A stretch of DNA of 47,289 nucleotides, filler included, from Catajapyx aquilonaris (taxonomy: Eukaryota), in NCBI GenBank assembly GCA_000934665.2. It is 2 parts of 2 records of this genome, joined end to end, with 100 filler letters (N's around TTAATTAATTAA, not from the genome) between each part and the next. Parts side by side here need not be neighbours in the genome. Positions count along the whole stretch, not along the records: positions 23,697 to 47,289 come from JYFJ02005653.1; 1 more part is not named here. One strand, 5' to 3'. Positions 23,697 through 35,700 of this stretch are shown piece after piece (within the stretch, counting starts at the first letter, position 1; each line of letters opens with the position of its first letter). The position numbers and the translations under genes were made by a program. The notes under the pieces are model-generated. The model saw only the letters and a list, made by a program, of their open reading frames with translations. It was not told the DNA's origin and ran no database searches.

Positions 23697-26600
23697 TGCC
23701 TCGAGGGCTTCCTTCGGCGCCATTGGAGCCTCGTCCCAGATGATGACGTCAACAGAGTTCATATAAAGTTTCTGCTTTGAAGTTAAGGAGCAGGTGGAAT
23801 CTTCACGGAGGTTCAGTGGGAGCCGAAAAGCAGTGTGGCAGGTTTTCCCACCAGGAAGTAATATCGCCGCAATGCCAGTGAACGCCACAGCCAGGACAGT
23901 TTTTTGTTGGCTTTCAAAGTGATAGATCAAAGCTTTGTAGAGGAACGTTTTGCCAGTTCCACCTGGGCCGTCGATAAAAAAGCAACGATTGCGAGACCCG
24001 GTGTTTAGAGCTCCAATGATGTCCTCGGCTGCTGAGCACTGGGCCTCATTTAATTGATCTAATGTAACAGTGTCCTGGTCTGCGTCTGCTGGAGCATGGC
24101 CAACGAAGTGGACGTGGTCGGCCATTGCTTCCGGCTGAGGAAGACCTACCGCAGCGCAAGCGAGACCACCAGCTTCGAGTTGAGCCTGAATTTCCCACAA
24201 AGCGAGTGTTGCAGCGGAATGGTTGTCGTGACCAGCATGCCTGAAGTCTTCGGTCATTCCTGTGCAAAACTGTTCCCACAGCTGGCCAGCATTGGCCACC
24301 TGGCAATGCATAAGGAGCACCGAAAAGAGTGAGCGAAGTTGGCGGGGCATCATGTACACGGACGCTTCCTCCAAGCATTTCCGCCATTCGCCGTCGTCAA
24401 GAATGAAACCACTGGCTAAGGCAGCCTCGCGATAAGAAGAGAACACCACGCCGTTGACAGTGAGCAAAGACTCGAAAGAAGTAGCCCCAGGAACATTCAA
24501 CAGCATCAGTCGCAAATGGAAGAGCTCGACATTGCGTGGAGAAACTGTGCCAACCCTACCAATGACGGCTTCCCCACCTCGCTGTCTCTTGCGCCAACCA
24601 CAATCCTTGCTGAACACGTACCCCGTGGGAATGTCTTGATAGAGAGTGTTGCTTGCCGTGGGATCGTTCGAGTTGAGGAGGAACCAAGCAGTGAGAGTGG
24701 TGTGCATGGTGCTCTCCAGGCGCAAACGCTCCTCCTCCTGGCCCTCCTCAAAGAATATGCGCTGAGAGTCTTTAAGATGCACGGCAAGCTGAAGGATTGT
24801 GTGGGATTGGTGATGCAAACGGTTTTCTTCCAATCGCCAAGCAGCCTCCGGTGGAGTGACACATCTGGTGTCGACAAAGTGATTGATTTCGTTCAAAGAG
24901 AGGACGCCGTCATTTTCCTTCAACGCAACTCGCGCTCTGTCGTGCCCCTTAGTGAAGTACTTGCATAAGTACTTGATTGCCAAGATGGTGTGGCACATCT
25001 CAACATTGATGTGGGCTTCGAACATGAGGGTAAGGAAGGGGTTGTAGGGGACGACCCAGGCGTTGTTGACACAACGGCCACGGACCACGTGGACTTGGTT
25101 CGTGTTATCTGTACGGCGGTACTTGGGGTACCCATCCCCGCTGGTGTCGGTGGAGTCTTGGAAAGGTTTCGGGAAGTGCTTCTTGCACTTTCCGTTTTCC
25201 ATGCACACGCAGGGAGGGTTGAGTTCGCCGCATGGCCCGTGGATGTTGTTGGTCATAATGATGTTGTAAAGGCGTGGATTGGAACTTTCATCAGGAATTT
25301 CCGCACTGATCACGCGATCAACTCCCTCGGGTGTGCGTAAATGGTACTCCTCCTGAAGCCAGAAAAGTGAATGAAGATGTGGAAGACCGCGCTTTTGAAA
25401 CTCAATCACGTACACAAAAGCCTGGACTTTGCCAAAAATGTTATCTTTGGTCATAAGATGCATAAACTTCTCCACTTTCAATTGAAAGACACGTGAGACG
25501 ATATCGGGCCGAGCACTGGCATCTTGATACGCTTCTAGCTGGTCAGTGATGTCTTTCCACTTTGGATTGCATGTGAAAGTTATGAAGAGATCAGGTCGAC
25601 CAAACTTCCTTACGATGGTCATTGCGTCATGATATTTTTGACGCATGTAACGCGGTCCGCCAACAAATGAAGAAGGAAGAATGACGACATTACCAGGCCG
25701 GAGGTTGCCGTTAGCAGCTGCGTCAGTCAAGTGGTCAATGAGGCCCCTGTAGCACTCCACTCGAAGATCCTTTTGATTGTCTCGCAAGTACTGCAGTCGG
25801 GTGGATTCAACGGTACAATAAGAGTGGACAACGAACTGCTGGAAAAGTTTTCCACCGTGATGCAGAGGATTAAATCCTTCCCGCACCGCCAGACGACTGG
25901 AATAGAACTGCAACGCTGTCAGAGGCTTTCCGTTGGGAATCGCGTTTTGGGCTTTGATGGTCCAACCTGAGTCACCGGATGGGAAGAGTATGGTGAAGAC
26001 CATTGGGTCAACATGCCTGCTACAGTAATTTAACCTCTTGCATCCGACCTGATGCTTTGGGTGCACTGCGAGGTCGAAAGCAGGCACATCGCCAGTGCCG
26101 CTGTCGATGAGGTACATGCACTCTGAGTTGGTAATGGGATCGTTGTATCGCCTCTGGTCGTCTCGGGCGTTTCGCAGAAAAAGCAACTGGTACTGAATAG
26201 GCCCCTGAGAAGAGTGAGGGTGTCGGTCTTGTTCTTGCCTGACTGCTTCATCCAGCTTCTTGTACTGACGGGCATATGGATTAACACAGCGCAATACCTC
26301 GTCAATCAGGCGCATGATGGACTCGTGGCAACCAGAGTTCTGTTGCGTGTGCATACGATATCGAACAGCAGCGTCAGAGTCATACACAAAGAGCTGGCCA
26401 TATCGTGGCGTCATGCCCTGATTCGGTTGAGGATCCTGAACCAAGGCGGACGTTGCCAAGTGGTGAACCTCACCGCTGACTTTGAAACAGTACGGGCCAT
26501 TACCTGGGATCTCTGGAATTTTAGCCCCAAAACTGGCAAAGGCGTTGGCATTGTTGTACTGCCGAATGAAAGTTCTGAAGTTACCTGATTCCCTAGTGTT

Positions 26601-27023
26601 CCCTGTTAGGAGGAAACGTAGTTCGGGGGGGTATGGTGACAGGGGCGGCGCCAACGCCTTGCCTTGGTGGCAGCAGTTATGGAGCAGGTAGCCTCTTTCG
26701 GCAGGAAAATGCAATGCCGAACAATGCACACAAATTTGACTCATTGCGCCTAAGTTATGAAGAAGAGGTTCATGGGCATTCTGAGTGCCTGAAATAGCAG
26801 CACAGAAGAGAGGAGTTGGTGCTGTTCGTATTCGTTTCTGTTGTTGCAATCGAGACTGATGTACTTCTTCTGTCTCACTCCCTCTCCGCACTTCATCACG
26901 GGCTCGCTGAGCGGCTAATCGAGTTTGCCGCGCCTCTGGAGTTTCTGCAGCCCTTATCCGTCTAGCTATAATTGCACCTTGAGTCAGAGATAATGAGCGT
27001 GAGCTTTGCGGAGAATTCATCAT
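23697..27023 (-). CDS. Helitron Rep/PIF1-helicase (RepHel), C-terminus truncated by the gap
   Basis: Over 1100 codons without a stop. Zn-finger-like CVHC..H..CC, Rep motifs PDLFITFTCNP, VIEFQKRGLPHLH (HUH) and YLCKY, helicase motifs GPGGTGKT, AFTGIAA and IIWDE. First ATG at 27023. Confidence 0.95.
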
Positions 27024-27305
27024 AAAACACGAAAGATGACACAAAACTGTGCAAGGAGTTCCAAACTGGAGGAAGTGCACCCAAACTTCTAACAATGTCG
27101 GTGGGGTGTGAAGTAGATTGAGTGGAGGAGGAGGAGGAGGAGGAGGAGGAGGACCATACGAAATTGTGAACACTGTTAATAATAATGTAAACTAAATAAT
27201 AGCAATTCGAACAACAGCCAGAAAATGAATAGTTTGAACAATGGGACAATGGAACAATGGGAAAATCGCAATCGAACGCCAAGTAACTCCGAACACTTTT
27301 AACAA

Positions 27306-27384
27306 TAACCTGAACAACCTGATAACCTGAACCTGCTAACCTGATAACCTGCTAACCTGATAACCTGATAACCTGGTAACCTGT
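27306..27384. repeat. 8-bp tandem repeat (AACCTGAT/AACCTGCT) in the Helitron 5' region
   Basis: About ten imperfect units read directly. A (GGA)n run lies at 27124-27153. Confidence 0.85.
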
Positions 27385-28467
27385 ACAAAAAAGCAGCAGT
27401 GGAACACTAACCCAACAATATAGTGACTATTGCATGATCAAAACACAATTGAACAATAACCAGCCAAAGTCCGAGGAAGTCAGAGGGCAAGCAACCGGAG
27501 GGGTGAGGGAAGAGTGTTTATATGGTGTCTATTGGCAGCTGAACTGAGTCGGCCCCAACCTGGACACAGACCTGCACCCCCGCCCGTACAGGCGTACCGT
27601 TATGTTCGTACGGAGAGACCTAACCAACAGCGACCTGTTCGCCTAGGCAGCTGGCCTCGGACTGATTGGATTTCGAACAGTTTGTTGTTGATTTGGATGG
27701 CAACCTGTGTGTTGCCAAGTGTTGCCCTGGCAAGTTGATGGGGTGGTTTTGTTTGTTTATTATTATGCTTTAATGTTGATTATTAGGGAAGGGGTGGGGG
27801 GGATGGTGGGAGCGAAAGGGAGGGTGGGTGCATGGGCCGAAGGAAAAGTCGAGACTGGGAGACTGGGGGGGAAGGGGCTGTGGTGGTGGCAGGTGGTGGT
27901 GGTGGGGAACTGGTAGGGGGGCTGAGGAAGGCGGGGTGTGGAGGAGGGGTGGGTGTGCAACAGCAGTGGAGGAGGGAAGGGCTGGGTGGCGGATGGAGGA
28001 GTGGATGGGCAGGGGGGGACGGGGGCTTCGATGGCCGGAATGGAATCGAGGGAAGCGGCAGTGGGGAGAGGGGCGATGTGACCCCCTCGGAGGTCAGAGA
28101 ACGAATGGAAAGTTTCCCAGGCAACTCAACAGAGGAGTTGTGTACACCCCCATTGCGCATGATTAGAACGGGGGCCAATGGGGAGGCGGCGGCAACAATA
28201 CGCGGCGGCGGACCAATCAGAGGGCTTATACATGCAACGCAAGCATTTTAATATTATAGATTGTTCATCTCCGGATACAATAAGAGAAAAACTTTTTATA
28301 ACTAGGGAGCAAAAAATCACTTATTGTGATGTTTGCACTTTCTTACCCACCTTCTTTAGCTATAGTATCTTTATTCTTTAGCAGTTCACTGTGTGACGAG
28401 TCGTCATAATGTGTGTGCATGATAAAGTACCGAAAACATTAATGGCTTTCATATTTTGTGATTTTAG

Positions 28468-28945
28468 CAAAGCCGAGAGACGCGGATGAGATGTGGCTTA
28501 ATTCTCCTATTGTCAGAGCATATTTAGCCTTTGCGTTAATGAGCTTGGTGGGGACCATCTACGGATACTGCATGTATGGACGAGACCAACTTAGCTTACG
28601 TCTCGCAAAAGCCAGGAGTGCCAGGTTGCACCGTACTCGGCGAATAAGAATGCAAGAGGTGCCGGAACCTCAGCAGCAAAGAGAACCACTGGTTAACGCC
28701 ACTGCTACCCAGGAGGTCATCACAGTTGAGCTTCCACCGGAACAGCCAGTAACAAATGTTGAGGTGACAGATTCGAGCAGTAGAGACGTGCCGGAGTCTG
28801 CAGAATCGGTACCATGTGACCCGCCTCCATCGTACGACGCGACGTACCGGAGCCTGCAGGATCGGTACCATGCGACCCGCCTCCATCGTACGACGAGTTA
28901 ACCAGAAGCAATAATCTTCCGACATACTACTCGCTTTTTCCATGA
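28468..28945 (+). CDS. Putative single-pass membrane protein exon with PPxY/LPxY motifs, frameshifted by a tandem duplication
   Basis: Acceptor ttttag|, hydrophobic segment AYLAFALMSLVGTIYGYCMY, basic juxtamembrane stretch, PPPSY. The second repeat copy reads PPPSYDELTRSNNLPTYYSLFP* in another frame. Confidence 0.55.
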
Positions 28946-30197
28946 TGTGCTAGACACAAACCTGCTGAGTCTATACTCAGGTCTAAATGGTTCATAAGGC
29001 GCTATGGGTTCACCCAACCTGGCGAAATGTCAAAAACCGGACAGGAATCTGACTCATCGTGTGTGTTCACAAGGCTATAGTCATTTATTTCATTTTTGCA
29101 AACTATAGCGCTTGCATTTTTGGTATAAATTATTTTGCTGGCTTTTTTTGCTAAATTGATGGCAAATCATGAAAAGTTCGTTTTTTTCTACACATGGTAG
29201 AATAGCTGGCGATTTCTTGCAACGAATGAAGTCGGTCAATTTTCACATAAGAGCCATATGTGAATGTGCCTTCACGTGGTGCTGATAAAATTCCCGTGCC
29301 AAACTAACGCTCTAAGCAATTTATGGATATATAATATTGATGTTGGTTGCAATTCTGTGCAGTTCCTCCCGCACAGTGTTTTACGTAAGTTCAACAGAAC
29401 ATGTGCGATATACTGTAATGACGCTGACGTGTCCTGTACTTAACAGGTCTTATGTCCGTGACAGTTGCGTTTATCGTGCAACTCGCCTTGTTGACATATC
29501 AGTAAATATCATTGATGTATTCTCTATGACAATCTGTGTCCATATTCCTTTTGGGATTTGTTAGGTGCCTGGCAGTAATATTAGTGCAGCTGGGTACCGT
29601 GACCTAATCTTGTATACCATGTATACATTGTCCTATTATACTGTACGTAGCCTACCGGCATTATATGTTTGTATTGTCTGTATCTGTAAATTGCCAACCA
29701 TGTGTAGTTGCATGCATAACCATGACATTGTATGACTGTGCATTTTAAGTTGTTGCTAACCAGTATCATATAGGTACTGCGGAAATCAACAACAAATGTG
29801 CAATAAAGGAACAGATATGTACAGTACTCTGCCATCTGCATAGTTATACCTTTCATCGCCGACTATATTGTTTTTAATCGCTTGATGAAACACCTTGGTC
29901 TTATAATATTTTCCTACATCATTTTAGTAGGAAAGGAAAATGTAGGCTAAAATAATAAAGTGCCAGGTTATATCATGACAAAGTACATGATGTAGAGTAC
30001 ATTGAAGAGTTTCCTCCCTGGAAGGCAATATGAAACACCACATCATGCATCATTTTGACATGTACTTGTTAATTTTTAAAGCCCTTATCAATATTTTATC
30101 ACATGCAATAAAAGGAGGTACGACTTGCAAAAGGTGTAAACAGTGTCCTTTTGCTGACACTGCTTATACGCCTATTGTTGCTTGAGGGAATCTCCAT

Positions 30198-30571
30198 AAA
30201 ACAAGCTTCGAGTAGACTTTTTCTTATTGGGCAACGGGAAATATGAGACAGTTGACAACTTCGTTGAATACGATACGATTCTAACTGGACAACAATGGCA
30301 TAGAATGTTGTCAGTCTCATTTCCCGTTGCAAATCAACCCACGAAAATGAATTTATAAGGCTTAGACTTGACCCTGGCGGATAGCGTGAACCCGGAAAAC
30401 CGGAAGTGGCAGGGCACCAGAATGAAGTTGGCCATGAAACCTATTCATAGGGTCCGCTGAATCCGAATCTGAAAGCCATATGTCGCTATCTCCTGCGGTT
30501 TAAGCCCTGATACCTGTCCACAGACAGACGGACATAGCTTTTCTATAAGACTTTTTCAATGAAAAAGTCTG
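30198..30571 (-). mobile_element. HINE/DINE-1-like element
   Basis: Colinear with 6860-7262, with (GACA/GACG)n and hairpin agactttttc..gaaaaagtct. Confidence 0.75.
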
Positions 30572-32272
30572 AAACTGGGAGTTTACAAGAAGTGTATCCT
30601 AGAATGTCCTCTGGCTACATTTGTAAAGTTTATAACAATCATATTTAACGTTTATCCTGAATTTCATTTAGTTTGCGTAGAGGTCACAAGTAATGTGTGT
30701 GTTCTGCAGTGTGCCCGGTTAATTGGAAGCCTGGATGTGGCACCATAAATACTGACCCTGTAGGCAAGCTGGAGTTCTTTGAAAAGACGGAAGAGCAGAA
30801 GCAGAAGCATTAGTTGGAGAGCATCATCCAGAGAAGAAGACATTGTGTTCTTTGCTGTGTGCACGGTCTGAGGGCACCCATAATTAGGTTCTTGTCGATT
30901 TGTGTCATGCATATATGGTTTATCGTAAGTTACGAGTTTGGCCTAATTGCGTCATTTCGATGTTACAGTCTTTCTTGAAGTGTAAACGGAAAGAGTTTTC
31001 TGATGTAAACATGCTGTTCTTTCAAGTGGAACTTGTGTAGTAGGTCAGGTGGTTCAAATTCAGATGTGTCAATTTGATACATAAATTAGACCGTTGCCGA
31101 CTTGAAAATATGAGAGTTTGAAGATTACATTAGGCCTATATCTTATGGGTTCCTTTTTACTGCCGACATTTATTTAAATCTAGGTGATTGTGAAAATGAT
31201 CCATCAGAAAACTGGCATTCGTATTCGTGAGTACATCGTGACATTCGTGAGTACATGTCAAGGAGTATATTTAATGATGTCTACCTCGATTATGACCAAA
31301 GACTGTCTGCATTTCAGCTTCAAACATTGATGGTGTATGGTATGGCTCAAGATCTCGCAGATCTCATTGAACAATGCCATATTCTCATCTTGACATGGCA
31401 AACAGACGAAGTGTGGATTTCTTTTCGGATCGGTAATATGAGGATGAGGATTCTTTACGAGTTCATTTTTCACAATACAGACTCCATTATGGAGATCTAA
31501 CATGCACAACATAGACGTCTAGCCTAATTATGCTATTCGGCTACCACAGCCACAGGTGTTTGGGGATGACCTAACCAGTGTGATTCACATCATTCACGTG
31601 AGTGTGACGAAAGAAAAACTGAGATACAATATTATTTTTGTAATGTAGACGAAATAGCCTAAATCAGCTGCCGAACTTTCTTCTGTGCAATTCCATTGTC
31701 TGATGTGAATTTTACATATCTTCCCACAACTTGAAGGTCACAATAAATGCCCGATATTGTTATCAAAAAAGGAAGTGGTATGGGATAAGTATGCCTAAAC
31801 GCATGCTTTTATTCGTTAGCGTGCATCACGTATTCACGCAGAATGAGTAATTAAACACAAGGAGTGTCGAGCAATCACTTAGTATTGCAGGATTCTGCGA
31901 AGCGTTGAAGAATTTCCTTGTGTGTCAGATACCCACAGTTCTGCTGAGCAACCTATTTCCTGACAGGTTAGTGAATAATTGTATCAATGGGAGTGTGTTT
32001 CTAAACATCTCATTTCTAAGTTTATGTGGTCCTTCATTTGCTCGCATGCCAATTAATCCATGGACAAAGGGTCGGTTTTAAGGCCTTTATTCTAAAGTAT
32101 TCATAAACAAAAGATGTCCATGAACACTCATGATACTACAGTAGCATGGAGTGCAGATTTACGTATGAGAAGTATGAAATCTCCATTCCAATAAAATATT
32201 TTAAAAATATATACACCACCGGTATTTTAATTTGGCACTGACAGTAAAACAAGTTCCATACGAAGATCCGAC

Positions 32273-32799
32273 ATGAGTGAAGCAAATAAAGACCTAGAGA
32301 CCTTGAGTGACTTGCACGTCGCCGCCGCTCTGGGAAACCCAAGAACAGTCGAGACCTTCCTAAAGTCCGGGGTTGACGTGAATTCCCGAAACAGGAATTA
32401 TGCAACCCCACTGATCGTGGCTGCTCGTGCTGCAAGAGTGATCGTCTGCGAGAAGCTCTTGAAAGCAAACTGCGACGTGGACGCTCAGGACAAAGACGGA
32501 AGGGCCGCATTGCACGAGGCAGCCCGTAATGGAAACGTCCCCATCTGCAAAATGCTCCTTGAAAACCAGGCGACAGTGGACATCAGGACGGACTCCAGCA
32601 ACACGCCCCTGCACGAGGCTGCTGGATCCGGAAGCCTGGAGGTGGTCAAGGTGCTTCTGGCCAAGCAAGCAGATCCACAAGCGGTCAATAACCAAGGAAG
32701 AACCCCAACCAGTATGGCCAATCTGAAAGACCATGACCAAGTTGTCGACTACATCATTAATCACTTGGAAAAGGTTCAAAGGAGTGAAACTGACAGAAG
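32273..32799 (+). CDS. Ankyrin block 1 exon (~5 repeats)
   Basis: LHVAAALG, TPLIVAA, ALHEAARNG, TPLHEAAGSG and GRTP motifs; donor ag|gtatgg. Confidence 0.92.
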
Positions 32800-35700
32800 G
32801 TATGGTACTAAATTATCGCATAAGCTATAATAACACGGTCGTGTTGTTATATTTTAAAATCAACTGTACTTTCAGGATTGAGGAAAATTGCGACAGCCCC
32901 ACATATCATTCGGCACCAAAATCATACAAGTCCAGATACGTACAGGAATTCGATCATAAATCTCTCATGGGAGAGGGATCTTTCGCAGTCGTGATGAGAG
33001 CCCTGTTCAAGCTGGCCAACTCTGAATATGCAGTGAAGCGGATTGTGTTACCGGAAGGTTCTCCCCAGTTGAAGAACATAATCCTGAGAGAAATACACGC
33101 TCTGGCAAAGCTTCAACACGAAAACATTGTCAAGTATCACTACGCTTGGGTGGAAAACCCCCCTTGCTGGGTCCAGAAAGAATGGGACGCATCAGTGTTG
33201 ACCTACGACAGGTCAACACCTGAAGGAGAAGAGGCTTCGCAGAGGGCTTCCGCCCGTTTCTCTTCTTCAGTAAATGTCTCGGGCCCTACCACTCACCTGC
33301 TGTATATCCAGCTGGAGTTATGCAAAGATGAAACTCTGGGCCATCAACTGGATAGAGGAATGGCGAGATCAAAAAAAGCTAAACTGACCGTATGCCAGCA
33401 ACTTGCAAGTGGAGTACACTACCTGCACGAGCAGCAATTTATTCACCGCGACCTCAAACCTTACAATGTTCTTTTCTCTTTGGACGGCAGCACAGTAAAA
33501 ATTGGAGACTTCGGTTTGAGCACAGCTATTGTTTCCAAGGGGCAGGGGAAGCAAGGGGAGTCCTCTACTGTCGATGGAGATGGTGGAGACAAGGGTCTGA
33601 CGACCAATGTGGGAACGCCGCTTTACATGGGTCCAGAGCAATTGTCTGGTGCTGATTACAATAAAAAGGCAGATATATTTGCAATGGGTCTCATTACGTA
33701 CGAAGTTATGTCACCGTTTGGGGCACGCAAAGATGAACGCGCCAAAGTGTTCAAATCGCTGAGAAACCAAGAAGAATTTCCCAAAGAATTTCTTGAACTG
33801 TATCCAAATGAAAGCAAACTGATCAAAACGATGCTAAACTTAGAACCGACCTCACGACCAGGGGCTTACTTTGTTGAAAAGCGCTGTTCTCAATTCAAGG
33901 ATAACATGAGAAAGGTAATATCATTCCCTGATGCTCTCTAGTGCTTAATTAACATTAAACAAAACCACATAATTCTAAGCATGATATGGGACCCGCACGT
34001 GTCCAAATTACATGTATAACTTGCATAATTATTTTTCAGATACATCAGATAGTGAGAATTTTGAGATGCACTCCACAGCACATAGCACAATATTATTATT
34101 GCTTGAGTAACTGGAGATGACCATTGATTTATTATACGCAGGTTCAAGTTATTGAGTTTTGTCCCTTTCATGTGGACGCATTAGTTTCAAAATAATATTT
34201 GTAATAACTTACCAATGTCGATGCCCTCCAGATCTACAATGGTACATAATGTGGTTCTAATGATAAATGACTGTCTTGTATTCTGCTATTACAGGTAATC
34301 GTTGAAGATTTACTAGCTGCATGTGTAGATGGAAAGCTGGATGAAGTTAAAGAGTGGGTTCTGAGGAAAGGAGGGGACATAGAAGCAGAAGCCCCTGATG
34401 GGGCCACTGCCACTCATGTGGCTGTTTATGAGGGTCACATGGAAATAGTCAGGTTTCTAATGGACCATGGAGCACCCCTGGACAAACTTAGCCATAAATT
34501 CTGTGAAAGTCCTCTACATAAGGCTGCAGGACAAGGCAGAGGGTCAATTGCCCGTCTCCTGTTGGAGAAGGGGGCTAATCCACTCAAAGTCAACTGTGAC
34601 GGAGAAACGCCTCGACAGTTGGCCTTCGAGAATGGCCATTATTCACTTGCCAAAGTTTTGCAAGCACATGAAAATGAGATTCAACATAACTCCACAATTG
34701 TGGCCACTAGCAACGAGAATACAGAAAGTATTGTGAGTATATTATTTCCTAGAGGGGTGATTCACCACCTGTTTTGGGCAAAATATATCAAAAATGCAAT
34801 GTATAATGATCATGATGAAATTATTGGCCCTTATCGACACAAAATACAAACTACTGTTCTGAGAAATTCTCCACTATAACTTTGTAATGAAATATGTGCT
34901 TCAAGGCCTAATTTTCCACTCAAATTTTTTTCTCCAAGGAATTAGAATAATACTTTAGGAGGGACCGTACTTCCAGTAATGAGCCCACAATAAAAAATTG
35001 CAAGACTCCGCTGCTTCAGTTTGCTATAGTGAAGGTGAATTTATTCAAATATTAATTCCATAATTATATATCCACCCATAATTTATTTACCAGGAGAATG
35101 ACAATTTCTTGGATGCATGTGATGAAGGCAATGTGGATTTGGTCAAGGATATTATAAGCACGAGAGGTGTATCAGCCTTGATGGAAGTCCGAGATGCACT
35201 GGGGAACACTGGCCTTCATAAAGCTGCAAAGGCAGGGCAGGAAGCCATGGTTTCCTACCTCCTCGCTCATGGATGGTCCCTGAACCAAGAAGGACATCAA
35301 GGTGGGACACCCTTACACATCGCAGTAGCAGCAGATCAAGTGTCAACATGCACACTTCTCATCAGGGAAGGGGCTGTGTTGGAGGCCAGGGATCATGATG
35401 GAGACCAACCCATTCACTGGGCGGTTCTACACGGCTCCATCTCAGCCGCAGATCTTCTTCTGAAAGAAGGTGCACATGTGGAAGATACAGGAAGGGAAAA
35501 CTGGACATGCTTGCACTGGGCAGTTTTTTCACGACGAAGTAAAGACAAAAATGAAGTGAGGACAGAAATGATCCAATATCTACTTGACAAGGGGGCAAAT
35601 GTAAAAGCAGTAGATGCAAAGGGAAGAAGTGTCCTGAAGGCAGCCGAAGAAAGTCATCAAACAGACATTTTGAAGCTTTTTGAGATGGCACCAAGTAAAA

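Larger units (their letters stand above)
23697..28260 (-). mobile_element. Autonomous-type Helitron, 3' part lost in the gap
   Basis: 5' terminus A|TCTATAATATTAAAATGC on the minus strand at 28260, followed by a RepHel ORF. Confidence 0.9.

Noticed and set aside
24046..26691. Overlapping and antisense ORFs within RepHel (likewise within Nup85, CDK9 and the ankyrin exons)
   Set aside because: They are shadow frames of real coding sequence with no independent motifs.
27024..27173. Poly-proline N-terminal extension of RepHel
   Set aside because: It depends on a non-ATG start and a (GGA)n microsatellite; the first ATG is at 27023.
27707..28251. Gly-rich and Pro-rich ORFs
   Set aside because: They are by-products of a G-skewed low-complexity tract with few stop codons.
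29931..29950. tag|GA AAG GAA AAT GTA as the next tubulin exon (GKEIV-like)
   Set aside because: A stop follows within two codons, similarity does not continue, and it lies across the gap.
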